A stretch of 64,000 bases of DNA from Selaginella moellendorffii (taxonomy: Eukaryota > Plantae > Lycopodiophyta). Below, in pieces: positions 1 through 13,200 of the stretch; the stretch's first letter is position 1, and each line of letters opens with the position of its first letter. The DNA is taken from positions 320,731 through 384,730 of the forward strand of contig NW_003314358.1 in NCBI RefSeq assembly GCF_000143415.4, given 5' to 3'. The position numbers were made by a program, and so were the translations under genes. The notes beneath the pieces were generated by a model. The model had not been told where the DNA came from. It saw nothing but the letters and a program-made list of their open reading frames with translations, and did not search any database.

Positions 1-1861
1 TGTCGTCCTCTCCAACAGCAACCTGCAGATTCGCAAAAGTTACGATCCTGTCGACTATTACACTCCAACGTTTAGCACAGTGACGTTTAGCCCAGTGACT
101 GACCTTTCCGGTTACCAGTTGCTCAAGCTGTATCCGGATGGAGGGCTCCGATTTACCTCCCAGTCATACAGCAGTAACACCAGCAACACCACCAGTCTGA
201 ACGCCCTGTTCACGGCAAAAACCTTGCCTCCGTCGTGTGGACCTGCTTGGCTTCCCAGAGAATATCAATGCGACTGTCTAGAGCTCGAGGAGGAGAACAG
301 CTCCATGCGAGCCAGCATATCTGGGGACAAAAAAATATGCAAGTTTGATGAGCAGCCTCAAGAATGTGGCAAATACGATTTCTCACAACACGAGATGGTA
401 GAAGCCAGAAACTACTACTACAACGATCACGCACCTTTCGGGCACTTATACACCCTCCACAACGTTACTCCAGTGAAGTGCAGGGCCCTGTGCATCAACA
501 ACTGTACGTGTAAGGCGGTATTGATCGACGAGAAAACGAGTACCTGTTTCCAGATGAGCGAAGTCTTTGCTCTAAACAGGACGCACAACCCAGCCAGTCC
601 AGCCTTGTCACTGTCTCTTAAGGTGCATCATGCTCCCAAACTTTCGTTCTCGCGCAGCTCTCCTCAATACTTGTCTACGCATAGAAGAGCCAAGCCAGCG
701 ATTGTGGTGGTACTCTCTGCGACAACGATCGGGATAATTATCGTCGCAATCGTCATCTGGAAGAAACAGATAAACTCGTACCTCAAGCATTACGGGCAGT
801 CGTTTCCATCTGGATCTGCTGAGGACGGCCTGCGTGATTTCACGTACTCGGAGCTATACACAGCCACCAAAGGTTTTAGTAACAAAATTGGAAGCGGAGG
901 ATTCGGTATAGTATACGAAGGAGTACTTCAGGATGGATTCAAGGTTGCTGTCAAGCGCATCGAGAATTCAAACCAGGGTCACAAGCAGTTCAAGGCGGAA
1001 GTCAGAGTTATTGGAAGCATAAATCACAAAAACCTGGTACAACTCAAAGGCTTTTGCTCTCACTCGGCGTGCTACTTCCTGGTTTATGAGTACGTTGCAA
1101 ACGGGTCGCTAGACAAATGGATCTACTCGCAGGAAAAGCTGGGTTGGGACACAAGGTTTGCAATCATTGTCGACATTGCTAAAGGGATCTCCTATCTCCA
1201 CGATGAATGCACCACTAGAGTGCTTCACTTGGACATCAAGCCTCAAAACATACTGCTTGACGAGAACTTTGGCGTGAAGATCGCAGACTTCGGACTGTCC
1301 AGAATGGTAGAAAAAGGGGAAATGAGCAACGTCATGACAATGGTGAGAGGAACACCCGGATACATGGCTCCAGAATGGTTGCAGCTGAGAGTAAGCGACA
1401 AGCTCGACGTTTACAGCTTTGGGATCGTTGTTTTGGAGGTAGCTACAGGACTGCAAGCTCTTCATACCTGTGTGTCTTGCGGGACAAGCCCAAGGTTCCT
1501 GACCGCATGGATCGTTAACAACCTTCGAACGGGGAAAATGGTGCAGATGTTAGATAAAAAGCTGCAGCAAGAAATGGACGATACCTCAAGAAAGGTCCAA
1601 GTCGAGAAGCTGCTTCGCATCGGAGTGTGGTGCATTCAGCCGGATCCCAGGCAGCGGCCTGCAATGGTTGACGTCGTAAAGATGCTCGAAGGCTCGGCCG
1701 AAGTCTCGGATCCACCACTGCCTCCTCCCGAGGCCTGCAACAAAGTCGACACGAGCTTATCTCTCAACATCTTGATGGAAATGATAAACCAGCAAATGAC
1801 ACGGCCGAGAGTGGCGCGGGGATGCCTCCCTCTCCTCACGGAGAGAAGATCAGCAAACTGA
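1..1861 (+). CDS. S-domain (G-type lectin) receptor-like Ser/Thr kinase, 5'-truncated by the window edge
   Basis: Frame is open from base 2 to the stop at 1861, with no intron in the visible part. It has a Cys-rich EGF/PAN-like region (CRALCINNCTCKAV), a TM helix (IVVVLSATTIGIIIVAIVIW) and kinase motifs GSGGFG, VAVK, HLDIKPQN (non-RD), DFG and GTPGYMAPEW. Confidence 0.9.
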   Translation, partial: VVLSNSNLQIRKSYDPVDYYTPTFSTVTFSPVTDLSGYQLLKLYPDGGLRFTSQSYSSNTSNTTSLNALFTAKTLPPSCGPAWLPREYQCDCLELEEENSSMRASISGDKKICKFDEQPQECGKYDFSQHEMVEARNYYYNDHAPFGHLYTLHNVTPVKCRALCINNCTCKAVLIDEKTSTCFQMSEVFALNRTHNPASPALSLSLKVHHAPKLSFSRSSPQYLSTHRRAKPAIVVVLSATTIGIIIVAIVIWKKQINSYLKHYGQSFPSGSAEDGLRDFTYSELYTATKGFSNKIGSGGFGIVYEGVLQDGFKVAVKRIENSNQGHKQFKAEVRVIGSINHKNLVQLKGFCSHSACYFLVYEYVANGSLDKWIYSQEKLGWDTRFAIIVDIAKGISYLHDECTTRVLHLDIKPQNILLDENFGVKIADFGLSRMVEKGEMSNVMTMVRGTPGYMAPEWLQLRVSDKLDVYSFGIVVLEVATGLQALHTCVSCGTSPRFLTAWIVNNLRTGKMVQMLDKKLQQEMDDTSRKVQVEKLLRIGVWCIQPDPRQRPAMVDVVKMLEGSAEVSDPPLPPPEACNKVDTSLSLNILMEMINQQMTRPRVARGCLPLLTERRSAN

Positions 1862-2020
1862 TACAAGCTCATCTGGAATGTAAAGGAGAATGTCTCGAAG
1901 ACATACCATCCTAAACTTAACAAAAAATTCGTCACATCGAGGTAGATTTATAGTAAAACCACACACCTTCAAGACTTCCTTCATTTCTGAAGAGCCTGTA
2001 CGAAACTAACCAGATGTGAT

Positions 2021-4584
2021 CTACGTCCTGGCCTTTTTCTTTGAAAGCGGAGGCCCCATGTCACCGGCCGGGCGTTTTATTCCCAGGAAATGTTCCACCT
2101 GCGAGACGCGAACGTGAGTCACTTAAAAATCACAAAAGGTTTCTATCTCACCTTTTTGTCACCAAGCATTGGTGTAAGGCTGCCAATTGGTTCCTTCTCT
2201 ACGGTTGCAAAACCACTCCTTGGATCACTCGTTTGCCTGTAATTAGCAAATTAAAACACTGGATCCCCGGGAAGAACAAACAAAGAAAATACATACCCCG
2301 GCTTTATGTGCCCGCTCATAACAATGTAGGGGGTGCTCGTCTTCATTTGTACTTCACGCATTTTCTCCATAGACCTCAAAGGCGTGTCCCCGGCTGCCAT
2401 CTGCTTCTGCTTTAGCTCCTCCTCGTGCTGCTTCATCTTCTTTTCTTGCTTTCTCTTTCCAGGATTTTTTCCATGAAATTTGTGCGAGACTAGGCGAAAG
2501 GCTTCTTTGGGAGTCAACTGCACAGGGAAAGACACAGAGATGAGGGTCGGATATTACGTAACGTCACATACGTACCGTTCGGCCATACTCGTCTCGCCGA
2601 TCTAACTGGATATCCCTTTCATAGGTTTTGTCATCGTCCAAAACACCGACAAGTTTGCTCGCCTTCTTGTCCATGTTTCTGCCACCCCATTCCACTGATT
2701 CCTTCAGGCTCCCCCTTTCTTTGAGGAGACTCAAGGCACCCGCTAATCCTTTCCCGACGGATACTTCTTTGATTGGCAATTCGTCGAAGACATCGTCGTC
2801 TTCATTTTCGACGACGTCGTTCACCTTTGTGTCAGTTCGCCCATCTTCTTGATGGATTTCCATCGCAGATTGCCCATCCACCTCATCATCTCCGAAGGCA
2901 TCATTCGTTGCAGCTCTTCGGCTGATAACTGGAAACCATACAATAGTTAGCAGCAAGGAACAGGATGATGAACAGGATGATTACCTTCATCAGGTTGTAG
3001 GCTCAAGCAGAACTCCTCCGTCTCCGTGATAACGACGGTTTTCTCGGCCACTGAAGTCTTACTATCCACATCCATCGATTTTTCTTCGTCAGCAGCCTCC
3101 AGTTTCAAACGAGCGGCTATTCCTTGAGGCCCGAGCGTAGACTGTATGCGCTGCCTAATGGCCAATTCACGCGACTTCTGCAAACGACTGTACAACTCGT
3201 CTTCTTCCTCCGCCTCAGCTTCTTGTTTGGGCTTCGAATTATTTGCTCTTGAACCGAGATCATCAGCACCTAAACCGGCAGCTTTTGCTTCGGCTTCAAG
3301 CGCATCGACGTCCAGCATGTCTTTTTTCCTCAATTTCTTTTGTTTTTTCGGCTTCTTAAACTTCATCATCTCTTCCTTGGTATAGAAATCAGATGCCTGG
3401 TTTTCTGGTCCCAGCAACGATTGCATTTTCAGCGCTGCGCCTTGCAACTTTAGTCGGACCTGCCATCGAAAACTTCAGTGAACTTCAGTGGTGTAAGAAA
3501 ACAGGAGAGTTACCTCCTCCAAACGCTTCTGGCTCTCCTCATTGACTCCACCCAAATCGTCAAGTTGGATTCCCTACACAGATCCAAGTTCATATATAGC
3601 AGATAAAGCAAAAGGATTAAGTACCTCGTCCTTTGGAGCATCGTCATATTGAGGTAACAGCGATTTCACAGTATTGATGTCGTTTTGAAACCTGCAAAAG
3701 AAATGTTATTCCATGCCCATGTTGCTTAACTTCTTACTTGTCTTCGTAAGTCCCTTTTTTTTTCTTGGCATCACGATATGCATTGCTCCGCACAGTCTGC
3801 TCAGTGAGATTCACATTCTCCAATTCATCAGCATCTGAAATTGCCATGTAAACATCATGGACTCTACGAGAACAACGTACCTTCGTTTATATCTCCTTCA
3901 GCGAGGATGTTGCTGTCTTTCAGAGTAAGAACTACCTCACCACCTTCTATTATCTTCTCCAGTCCATGTCGAATCTTCATTCCTGCTAGATCCTCTGAAG
4001 AACAGCAGGAAGAAAACAAGCACGTTAAACAAATACGAGGAAAAGGAAGTACTTACTTGATTTATACGCACTCTCCTCGTCATCTTCTTCATCCACGACC
4101 TCTTCATCCTGCAATAAAAGAAAACCAATAAAACTAGTGCTCGAAATTTCGTCTCTACCTGTTGAGCGATCGATCGAATTGCCGGCACTGCCTTCTTGGC
4201 CCTGACCTTCTCAATCTTTTCGATCTTTCTCGACTTCCTCACCCATTCCTCAATCTCCTTCGTCGCCGCTACCTCTTTCTCCTGCTCATCGCCGTCGACA
4301 TCCTCCGCTTTCTCCCTCTCTTTCTCCTTATCCCTTCTGGATTTGTGCTCCCCCGCCTCGGCGGCATCCCTGTCCCTGCGCCGATCATCCCTATCCCTCT
4401 CCCGATCCCTCTCCTTCTCCTTATCCTTCGAATTCTCCTTATTCCGATCGTGATCTCGCTCTTTCTTCTCCCTTCTACCGCTCTCCTCGCGATGATCGGC
4501 GGCGTCGCCATCCCTAGACCTATCGCGCTCTCGCCGCGACCTACTGCTGCTCTTCTCCTTCTCGCTTCGCTTGCTGCGCTCCAT
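2021..4584 (-). CDS. SART1: SART-1/Snu66 family U4/U6.U5 tri-snRNP protein (DOT2/MDF-like), multi-exon
   Basis: RS/RD-rich N-terminus, then VGKGLAGALSLLKERG, DEYGR..TPKEAFRLVSHKFHGKNPGKRKQEK and TPYIVMSGHIKPG. The last exon reads VEHFLGIKR...KKART*. Confidence 0.9.
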
Positions 4585-4624
4585 TGGACTTTTGCCCTAG
4601 CACGGAATATCCGAATAAACACCT

Positions 4625-4640
4625 AAAACCCTAAATAGGG
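4625..4640. promoter_or_regulatory. Telo-box (AAACCCTAA) in the 74-bp divergent SART1/ORN spacer
   Basis: Sequence aaaaccctaaatagggc lies between the two ATGs (4584 and 4659). Confidence 0.6.
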
Positions 4641-4658
4641 CTACATTGTCAATGCGTC

Positions 4659-5775
4659 ATGACGGAGAATCTCTTCTCCGCGCTCACTCTCATTGACGAT
4701 GAGGACGATCTCGATCAGCTCGGCCGTGGCGGCGGCGGCAGTAGCAGCGCTCGAATTCCACTCCCGCTCGGCGATGCGGGGAGAAAGAATGGCTCCTCGC
4801 TCGCTACAATCGCCGGGGAGTTCGTGAGCCGACCTCTTGTGTGGATTGATCTCGAAATGACTGGTAAGAGGCTAGAAGCGATCGATTTGGCAGTCTCTCT
4901 TTGCAGGATTGGATGTTTGCAAGGATAGGATTTTGGAGATTGCGTGTATCATCACTGATGGCAAGCTAACAAAGAGCATTGAGGTAACTTCTTTTGCGAA
5001 TTCGTCGTCGTAATCAGTGCTTGAAAAAAAAGAAATCGGTTCTTCCAGGGACCGAATTTGGTGATTCATCAATCCGACGAGATTTTGAAAGGCATGGGAG
5101 AGTGGTGTCAAACACACCATGCAGCTAGTGGTAGTGTTCTTCGGCTTCTATGAAATCTCTTATCTTTCTCTCTATGAAATCTCTTAGTTTTTTCTCTCTT
5201 CCAGGACTTACTGAAAGGGTGCAAAATAGCAAAGTAACCGAGGCACACGCTGAAATGCTGGTAAAAACCAACCAAAGTTTTTTCTGCGATTCCCTGAGGA
5301 TCATTGTCTGTCATCCAGGTTCTCAAGTTCGTCCAGAAGTACACGATCGCTGGCTACGCACAGCTCGCCGGGAATTCGGTCTACAACGATCTAAACTTCC
5401 TCCGAGTGAGTGAATCAATCCCAAAACTTCCAGATGATCTTGACAAGGCTTCCATTTTTCTTCTTCGTCTAGAAGTACATGCCGACGCTAGCAGCGCATC
5501 TCTCCCACGTAATCGTCGACGTGAGCTCGATCAAATCGCTGTGCAAACGCTGGTACCCTCGAGGTTCGTGCGTGATAAGAACAAAATTTTTTTTTTACTT
5601 TTTTTCTACCAGAAATCTCTGTTATTTTTCCTTTTGGTTTTGTTTTTGCCAAACTCTTCTAGACGCCGAAAGAGCTCCAAAGAAAGCAAAGAGCCACCGA
5701 GCGCTGGATGATATCAGGGAGAGCATCAAAGAGCTCGAGTATTTCAAAAGGACGATTTTTAAAGACAAGCGCTAA
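4659..5775 (+). CDS. ORN: Oligoribonuclease (DEDDh exonuclease, Orn/REXO2 family), multi-exon
   Basis: Motifs [44 protein letters not shown] and [17 protein letters not shown] across short GT-AG exons. Confidence 0.93.
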
Positions 5776-5794
5776 CCAGTATTGTTAATTTTAT

Positions 5795-5848
5795 AAACCC
5801 TGGTTATTAGGGTTAATAATTGTAAAGGTAAAACCCTAGCTAGGGTTT
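5795..5848. promoter_or_regulatory. Telo-box cluster upstream of BOP1, including the palindrome AAACCCTAGCTAGGGTTT
   Basis: Direct motif match. Telo-boxes are typical of plant ribosome-biogenesis promoters. Confidence 0.65.
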
Positions 5849-5877
5849 GGGCGTGTTCTTCCCCCGGCGTGTTCGCA

Positions 5878-8840
5878 ATGGCAGCGTCCGACGACGACGA
5901 CTCCGCGCTCCAGGTTCTCTCGGGCGATGATCAAGACGATGGAGCGTATTCCAGTGATTTTGAGGAGGAAGAGGCAGATTCTGGTGAGGAAGAGGCAGAT
6001 TTGGATGGAGAAGAGGGAGATTTTGACGATGAAGATGAAGAGGATGAAGATTCCGATGAGGAGGACGGGGCTGCGGATGAAAATGTGGAGGCCAACGACT
6101 CGGCGAATCACGAGGAAATTCGCGAGGCGCTACTGGATTACATTGGAAACGGCAATGCTGGAGCTGACGGTGATGAAGAATCTGATGATCGCGAAGCCGC
6201 CGACGAGAGCGATTCTTCCGAAGACGAGGTCAGTCTCTTAAAAAAAATTGGATCCTTTCATTTTTAGTTTGCCACAGGCTCCTCCACGGAACACTGTTGG
6301 AGAAATTCCTTTAGAGTTTTACAAAGACGAGGAACACATTGGCTACGATAGAGCTGGCCGCAAGCTGAAGAAGCAAGCACGGAAGGATCAACTGGATTCT
6401 TTTCTCGATCGTAGTGATGATCCAAAGGACTGGTAAGGTAAACGTTTAGCTCGGGTGAGGTCTTAGTTCATGGTTTTTCTTTCACAGGCATAAAGTCTAT
6501 GACGAGTATAACGATGAATATGTCGAACTTACGAAAGAAGAGATGGGTATGATCTCGAGAATTCGCCAGGGGAAGCTACCACACGCGGAAGTTGATCCAT
6601 ATCAGGTACAGATGGATTACTCGCTCACGTCTTCACGATTTTGTCTCTCAGCCTTATGTGGATTGGTTCGACTGGGACGGAAAAGGCCATCCATTGTCAA
6701 ATGCTCCTGAGCCTAAACGGCGCTTTATTCCCTCCAAATGGGAAGCTAAAAAGGTGTGCTCAGCTTGGTTCTTTATGGTCACTCGTTTCTGTTGCAGGTT
6801 GTCAAACTCGTTCGTGCTTTGAGAAAAGGATGGATTAAATTGGACAAACCGAAAGAGAAACCTCGATTTTATTTAATGTGGGGAGATGACCTGAAAGTTA
6901 ACGAGAAAACAGCCAACGGTCTTGCCTACATCCCAGCACCAAAGGCCAAGCTTCCAGGTGCTCGTCACATGATGTCGTAGCGGTTGTTGATGCTTTGTAT
7001 TTTCAGGTCACGAAGAGTCATACAATCCACCAGTCGAGTATATCCCATCTGAAGAGGAAATTAATTCTTATCAGCTTATGTATGAAGAGGATCGACCAAA
7101 ATTTATTCCAAAGAAGTAAGCACTCTTTTTTATTGCTAATGTTGTCAATCGTGGATTTTTTTTATTACAGGTTCGATAGTCTTCGTCATGTTCCTGCTTA
7201 TGCTGAGTTTATCAAGGAAATATTTGAGCGTTGCTTGGATTTATATCTGTGCCCCCGAACACGCAAAAAACGGGTAAAGTGCATATTTTCACTCGTCAGC
7301 CTGTAATACTTTCCTTGCAGTTGAATATCGATCCGGATTCCCTTCTTCCAAAACTTCCCAAACCAAAAGATTTGCAGCCATATCCAACAACGTGCTTTCT
7401 AGAATACAAAGGGCATACGGGTGCCGTTTCGTCTATCAGTGCGGATCCTACTGGAGAGTGGCTATTATCAGGTTTGTGTTTTTTGATGATGGAAGTGTTT
7501 CGATCAGAGCTCTATGTCAGGATCGCGGGATGGAACTGTTAGAGTCTGGGAGGTGCAAACCGGAAGGTGTAAAAAGGTTTGGGACGTGGGTGGCAGCGTG
7601 TTTTGTGTTGCCTGGAACCCGAATCCAGCGTTACCTGTTGTCGCCATCGCAGTGTAAGTTCAATAGTTCATCTTACATTCATATTCGTTTTGTCCTGATT
7701 ATCTTTCTTTTAGGAGCAACGACGTGGTGTTACTTGATCCAGAAGTTGGAGATGAAGAAGTCCAATTGAATATTGCCAAGCTGTTAGCTGTCCAGCCGAG
7801 TACTTCGGAACCTACGGGTGAGCCCTTCTTTTTAACTGTTTTATTCTCTTCTCATTATTCTTCTGAGTAGAAAATACTCCATTGATCAGCTGGAAAAGGC
7901 ACGACAAGCTTCGCGGCATCCAACTGTCTCATCAGCAGGTTCTGATATTTTGGTTGATGTTTATGAATTAACTATTTTATTTCTTTAACAGAACGTTGTG
8001 CGGGTTTCATGGCACAATAAAGGCGATTATTTTGTCTCAGTTTCTCCAGATGATATCCTTTTTACTTTTATTTATTTATTTTCTTTCTTTTCTGTTGAAC
8101 TTAACGCTAGCAAACGCAACAACAGAGCTGTTTTGGTACATCAACTATCAAAGCAGCAAAGTCAAAACCCTTTCCGCAAGCATCATGGCCGTGTTGCTGA
8201 TGTGCTTTTCCATCCAACAAGGCCGTTTATGTTTGTGGCAACGAAAATGCATGTCCGTGTATACAACCTTGCGAAGCAGGAGCTGTCGAAGAAGCTGATC
8301 ACTGGTCTTCAGGAAATTTCGTCGATGGCTTTACACTCGGGAGGTAGGCTTTGAAAGAGTAATCTTGCAGGCTTTGAAGTCTGTCACTGGCAGGGGACAA
8401 TTTAATTCTCGGAAGCAAGGGTGCAAAGCTCTGCTGGTTCGACATGGACCTCTCAGTGAAACCTTACAAAACCATCAAGTAAGGTAGTTGGGTTATCTCT
8501 TACAGATTTCTGACAAAATTTCACTTTAGGAATCATAAGGAAGACATCAATGCGGTAGCTTTTCACAAGTCATACCCGCTGTTTGCATCATGCTCAGACG
8601 ATTTGTCAACGCATGTCTTCCACGGCATGGTATACTCCGATCTCATGCAGAACCCCTTGATCGTTCCATTGAAGATCCTCCACGGCCACCAGAAAGGTGA
8701 GAGATCCCCCTCAGGAAGCAGCATTCTCCAGTCTTAACCCCGCCACATCTCCAGGTGTATCAGACATCAAGTTCCATCCAACGCAGCCGTGGCTTTTCAC
8801 GGCCGGAGCAGACTCAGTTATAAAACTCTTCTGCAACTGA
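5878..8840 (+). CDS. BOP1: Ribosome biogenesis protein BOP1/Erb1 (WD40), multi-exon
   Basis: Acidic N-terminus, [53 protein letters not shown] and WD repeats ending [22 protein letters not shown]. Confidence 0.95.
8053..8115 (+). other. U12-type (minor spliceosome) AT-AC intron in BOP1
   Basis: 5' end ATATCCTTT, branch-like AACTTAAC about 10 nt before a terminal AC. Removing it restores [16 protein letters not shown]. Confidence 0.85.
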
Positions 8841-10176
8841 AGTGGTAGGAAAGGCAGATCGATCAACCCATGAAAACCGAAAGCAACCGCAAGAGAACGA
8901 GATCGGTACGTCAATCGGAGCAGGATCCCTGGCACTGGGGGTGGGGGGACGCTTTTCCAACTTTGTTTTTCTTGCTTCGTCCACGGGTTTACTAATCCCG
9001 AGAACGTGACCTTGCAGGAGGGATCAGAAAAAATCGGTCAGTGTTCGTAAGTCTCGAATGGGAGTAGCAACAGCAGCAGCAGCAGCAGCAGACGGAGGTG
9101 GTGGTGTTTTGTTTCGCGCCGATGAAACGATTAAACTGGACAAGCGGGAAAAGGATTGAGAGTGAGTGAGTTTTCTACTCGTTTTTCGCTCTTTTCTTTT
9201 TATTTGCTGATGCAAGTTGGCGCTGACTTTTTTGGTGCTTGCCGCTGTTATGTTTGGAAGTCATACGCTGACAACGGCGCAGAATCTGGGGACCACGCGG
9301 GCAGCGTTTTGACTTTGCGGGGGGGCATTATTGCACGTGGCCGTTTTCGTTTTCTACTGCTGCTGCTGCTGCTGCTTCCGCTGCTGTGCTACTACAAAAA
9401 CTGCGAGCAACGCAACAAGACTTCGCTACAGCTCACAAGGCCTGTTTGTTTTTCGCTTTGCTTTCGACTCTTTCGTTTTCACGACCCAGTTCTCTCTCTC
9501 TCTGTGTTTTTTTTAAAGAGTTTTATTGGGGACATGCTCTACAGGCGGCACCCCGCTTGCAAACAGACGAGCAGTTTTCTTTGCGTACGTGGTGCCCGTG
9601 TTTTTCACTACTCTTTTCTTTTCTTTTTTTTCTTTCTTTCGAGGCTAATGTTGGCTTGATTGCTTACTAGTGAGTGTGAAGGTGAGAGCTTTGGTTTCGC
9701 TCTCTCTCTCTCTCTCTCTCTCTCGCACTTTCGCTTTCGATTCCTTTGTGTTTTTACTTCCTTGATGACCAGATTGGAGGGAGGACCAAGTCGAGCGAGA
9801 CTGCGAGGTATGGAAACTTCCAAGCGCTTCTTACGGTGCTAGCTTTTTTTTGCTTTCCTTGTCTTCCAGATCTTCCCATTCAATCTTCCCAGTGAAAGAG
9901 AGAGCTAAGCAAAGAACACGTTAATAAAGACTAAACAACAGTGCTTGGGTTCCACTGAGAGTGTCACTCAACTCATCATTGCAATGGAGCTGGACCAGCA
10001 AGCACCAAAAACAAAGAGTCTCCGTACCGATGATGCCAAGTTGCGGCCGTACGCAGCCAGATCAAACAAATCAGACCAAATTCCCGGCGATGAACTTGGA
10101 AGAACTGCTCATTCTTTAACTTCAGAATCTCCAGTTCTGGAAAAGCTATGGCTTGAATCATTCTGTAAAGGATTAC

Positions 10177-10234
10177 TGTGTGTGTGTGTGTGAAAGCAAC
10201 AATGGGGGGAAGAATGGAATGGTAGAAGACAACA

Positions 10235-10275
<41 letters not shown>
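10177..10275. repeat. (TG)n and (CT)n microsatellites
   Basis: Visible dinucleotide runs. Similar runs occur at about 9700, 13170, 13390 and 40113-40157. Confidence 0.9.
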
Positions 10276-10277
<2 letters not shown>

Positions 10278-10428
10278 GTTTTTTCCTTCTTTTGTTCCGG
10301 GCAAGTTCGCTCTTTTTACAAAATAGAACACTCGATTCTCTGGAAGAGCTGTTCATCTACATTGTGTGCGATCGATTCATTCGATTCGATGGCGGCGGCG
10401 GCTGTGAGCTGCGCGACGCGACGATATC

Positions 10429-12550
10429 TCATTGATGATGGTGATGGTGCTGCTGCTGCTGTTGCTGTCGATGGTTTTGATTCGATCCAGACGACCAGCT
10501 AAACAAGTTGAAAGGATCCACGCTGCTCTTTGGACCACCAGGAGAAGGATCACTGTTCCCAGGACCGCCGCCGCCGCCATCGCCACCTCCGCCACCGCCA
10601 CCACCACCACCACCTTCGTCATCCGATTTGTACTCGAGGAATCCCTTCTCCAGAATGGACGACAGCTCCGGCAGCTCCTCCAGCTCGGAGAAGAAATCCT
10701 CGTCCTGGGAGCTCGACCGGGACGTGTTTGTGTCGAATCCGATGTCCGCCAGGAGGTGCTGGTGGTGGAGGAGCGCTCGGCTGGGAACTTGGCGCTGCTG
10801 GTGCTGCTGGTGCTGGTGCTGCTGCGGGTGGTGGTGATCAACCTGCATTGGATCCGGCAAGTTGACGATGGAAACGAACGGGTTCTCCAGATGCCCGGCC
10901 GCGGCATTTGCTGCAGGATCCGTTTGATGGGCTTGTTGCATATCCTGCATGGACGAAGAACCGGGTCCACTCTCCTGCTGTGGCTGATTGTTTGAATCTT
11001 GCTGCCGAGTTGGCGAGGAAGCTGTGGTTGATCCTGACGCCGCGGCTGCCGTTGCTGCGGCGGCGGCGGCGGCGGCGGCTGCTGCTGCTGCTGCTGCTGC
11101 CATGGGACGGATCCTCGTTGTTCCAGCCAGGGAGTTTCGATGGGCCGGCCAGGGATGGTTGTGCTCGGAGGTGTAGGTGATGATCAGCATTGTCGGGTCG
11201 TTGCGGCTCCGCTCGACTTGCTTTCTCGCGGAGCAGCCTTTGGAGCTACTGCATCTGTAGTATCCCCTGGAAGCAAAAGCACGAGAAACCAGCGTGAGCA
11301 TTGCGAAATCCGAGCGAGACCCACGAGACCCAATGAGCGCGGGGATGGGGGGCAGTGAAATTCGGACAGACCCACGATGCCATGCAGTTGATAGATCGAT
11401 ATGGATATGAAGATCTTTGAGGAGCTCGCAGGAAAAAAAGTGGGAGAGAAGAAGATCTAGAGGAGAGGATGATCACATACCTGGGATACGGAGATCCTTT
11501 GATGGGTTTCTGCCCGTACTTTCTCCACGCCCACATATCTGAGGGAAGAACTTCTCCGGTCGGCTTGCCGCCGCCAGCCACGGGAACGCACACGATCCGC
11601 TTTTGCTGCATTTTCCGGCTGCCACAGACATGAACCAGCCATCAGAGATCAATCACCCAAGAAGAACTGACAAAACTCTCGGATCTCACAAGCATACGAT
11701 CATCGAAGTTAAGAACAAGGCAACAAGAAAGGAAAAGATCTCAAACTCACCGACAAGGAAATCTATGCAAAGTTGTCGCTTACCTGCGCTTGGATCCCTG
11801 ATGCTTGGAAGAATTGCTAGTGCTGTTGTTGCTAGCTGCGTTGCTGTTACTGTTGTCGGCAGTGGCGAGCGATGAATCCTTGCCCGCCGAGGGAGCCATG
11901 GTCGGGCTGGCCGGCGACGCGCAGTCGAAGCTCGACGCCGGCACATTCACGTCCGTCAAATCCAAGCTCCCAAACTCGTTCTTCACCGCCCCCGCTGGCG
12001 ACGAGCACGCAGACGACCGCTGGAAGTCGGCCTTGAGATCGTCCAGGAAGGTGAGCGAGCGGCTGTGCGAGAAGATGGTATCGAAGTCTGGCACCTCCAA
12101 AGGCTCGCGCTTGACGAGGCCGCCGCTGGTGGAAGCGCTACCGCCACCACCACCGCCACCACCGCCATGGAACAAGCTCGAGGGAGCCGGGTGGTGGTGG
12201 TGGTGGTGGAAATCGCTCAAATCGGCTGCCGGGACCAAATTCCCGCTGATGAGCTCCAGGAATCCTCCAGCTCCCATCCTAGCCTCTGGAAAACTTGCTG
12301 CCGATCCTACTGCTGCCACTGGTGGTGGTGGGGGAGGAGACGATGACGAACTATTCAATCTCTCCACGCCAATGGCTGGCAAATTCTGCTGCGACGACGA
12401 GGAGCAAGATCGGGGAGGCGAGTCGGGGATGGTGGCGTTGCTGCAAATCCCGGCGCTGCGAACAATGGCTCCTAAATCCCCATCGTGCTGCTGCTGCATT
12501 CTACTCCGCGTCTCCACAACTTGCAAAACCCCGGAAACAGTTTGACACAT
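10429..12550 (-). CDS. WRKY transcription factor (single domain, C2H2 finger, group IIe-like), three exons
   Basis: [22 protein letters not shown]|[37 protein letters not shown], with poly-A/G/H/Q tracts. The start codon is uncertain (12550 or the next Met). Confidence 0.93.
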
Positions 12551-13169
12551 GAGGAGAGAGCTCGCTCTAAGAACTGAACCAGAAGATCATAGGAAAGGAG
12601 GGAGCGAGGAAAAAAAAACTAAAAAAAAGGACTGGAAGAACGCCAAGAAGAACAGCAAGAAGAAACTTTCTTCACGGAAGAACACCGCGACTTTTTCGCT
12701 CTCTCTTTTTTTCCCCGTTTAACTGGCAGAATGGTCGGGAGATTTCGGCAATGGGTCGCCGGATCACTGCTCAAAATCCCACCTTGGCGGTGGAAACCTG
12801 GTGAAAAAAGTAAAGACTTGTTACCGTGGAGCTGTTCTTGCAGGAGCAGTGGTAGTAGAAGTAGCTCGCGAGAAGCAATGCCGCGCCTCTAGCGGAAGAA
12901 TCCATATTGGCACCCAAGAGACAACGAGGCAAGCATTCCAGCAGGAGAGATAGAAAGAAAAAACCTCACATCCCAGCCGACTTAATACTCGTGTCCATGA
13001 TCTCTTCCAGCACAGGCAGCAAGGAAGAAAGTTTAGATTCCTGGTGTGGAATATCGCGAAAGAATAAAAGGTAGAGAAAGGATGGATTGAGACACTCCCG
13101 ATCGAGACGATCAAATCGCTCGATGGAAAAGTGGGAGCCCAAGAGTCCCGCTCCTCCGACGAAAAAATC

Positions 13170-13200
<31 letters not shown>

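Noticed and set aside
8900-10400. ORFs and a possible miRNA hairpin between BOP1 and WRKY
   Set aside because: The sequence is low-complexity and microsatellite-driven. The complementarity is only (CAG)n/(CTG)n, and I recognised no conserved miRNA.
10432-12545. Long plus-strand ORFs antisense to WRKY (likewise for SART1, the Cry-like genes and Gag-Pol)
   Set aside because: These are shadow ORFs of GC-rich coding sequence.
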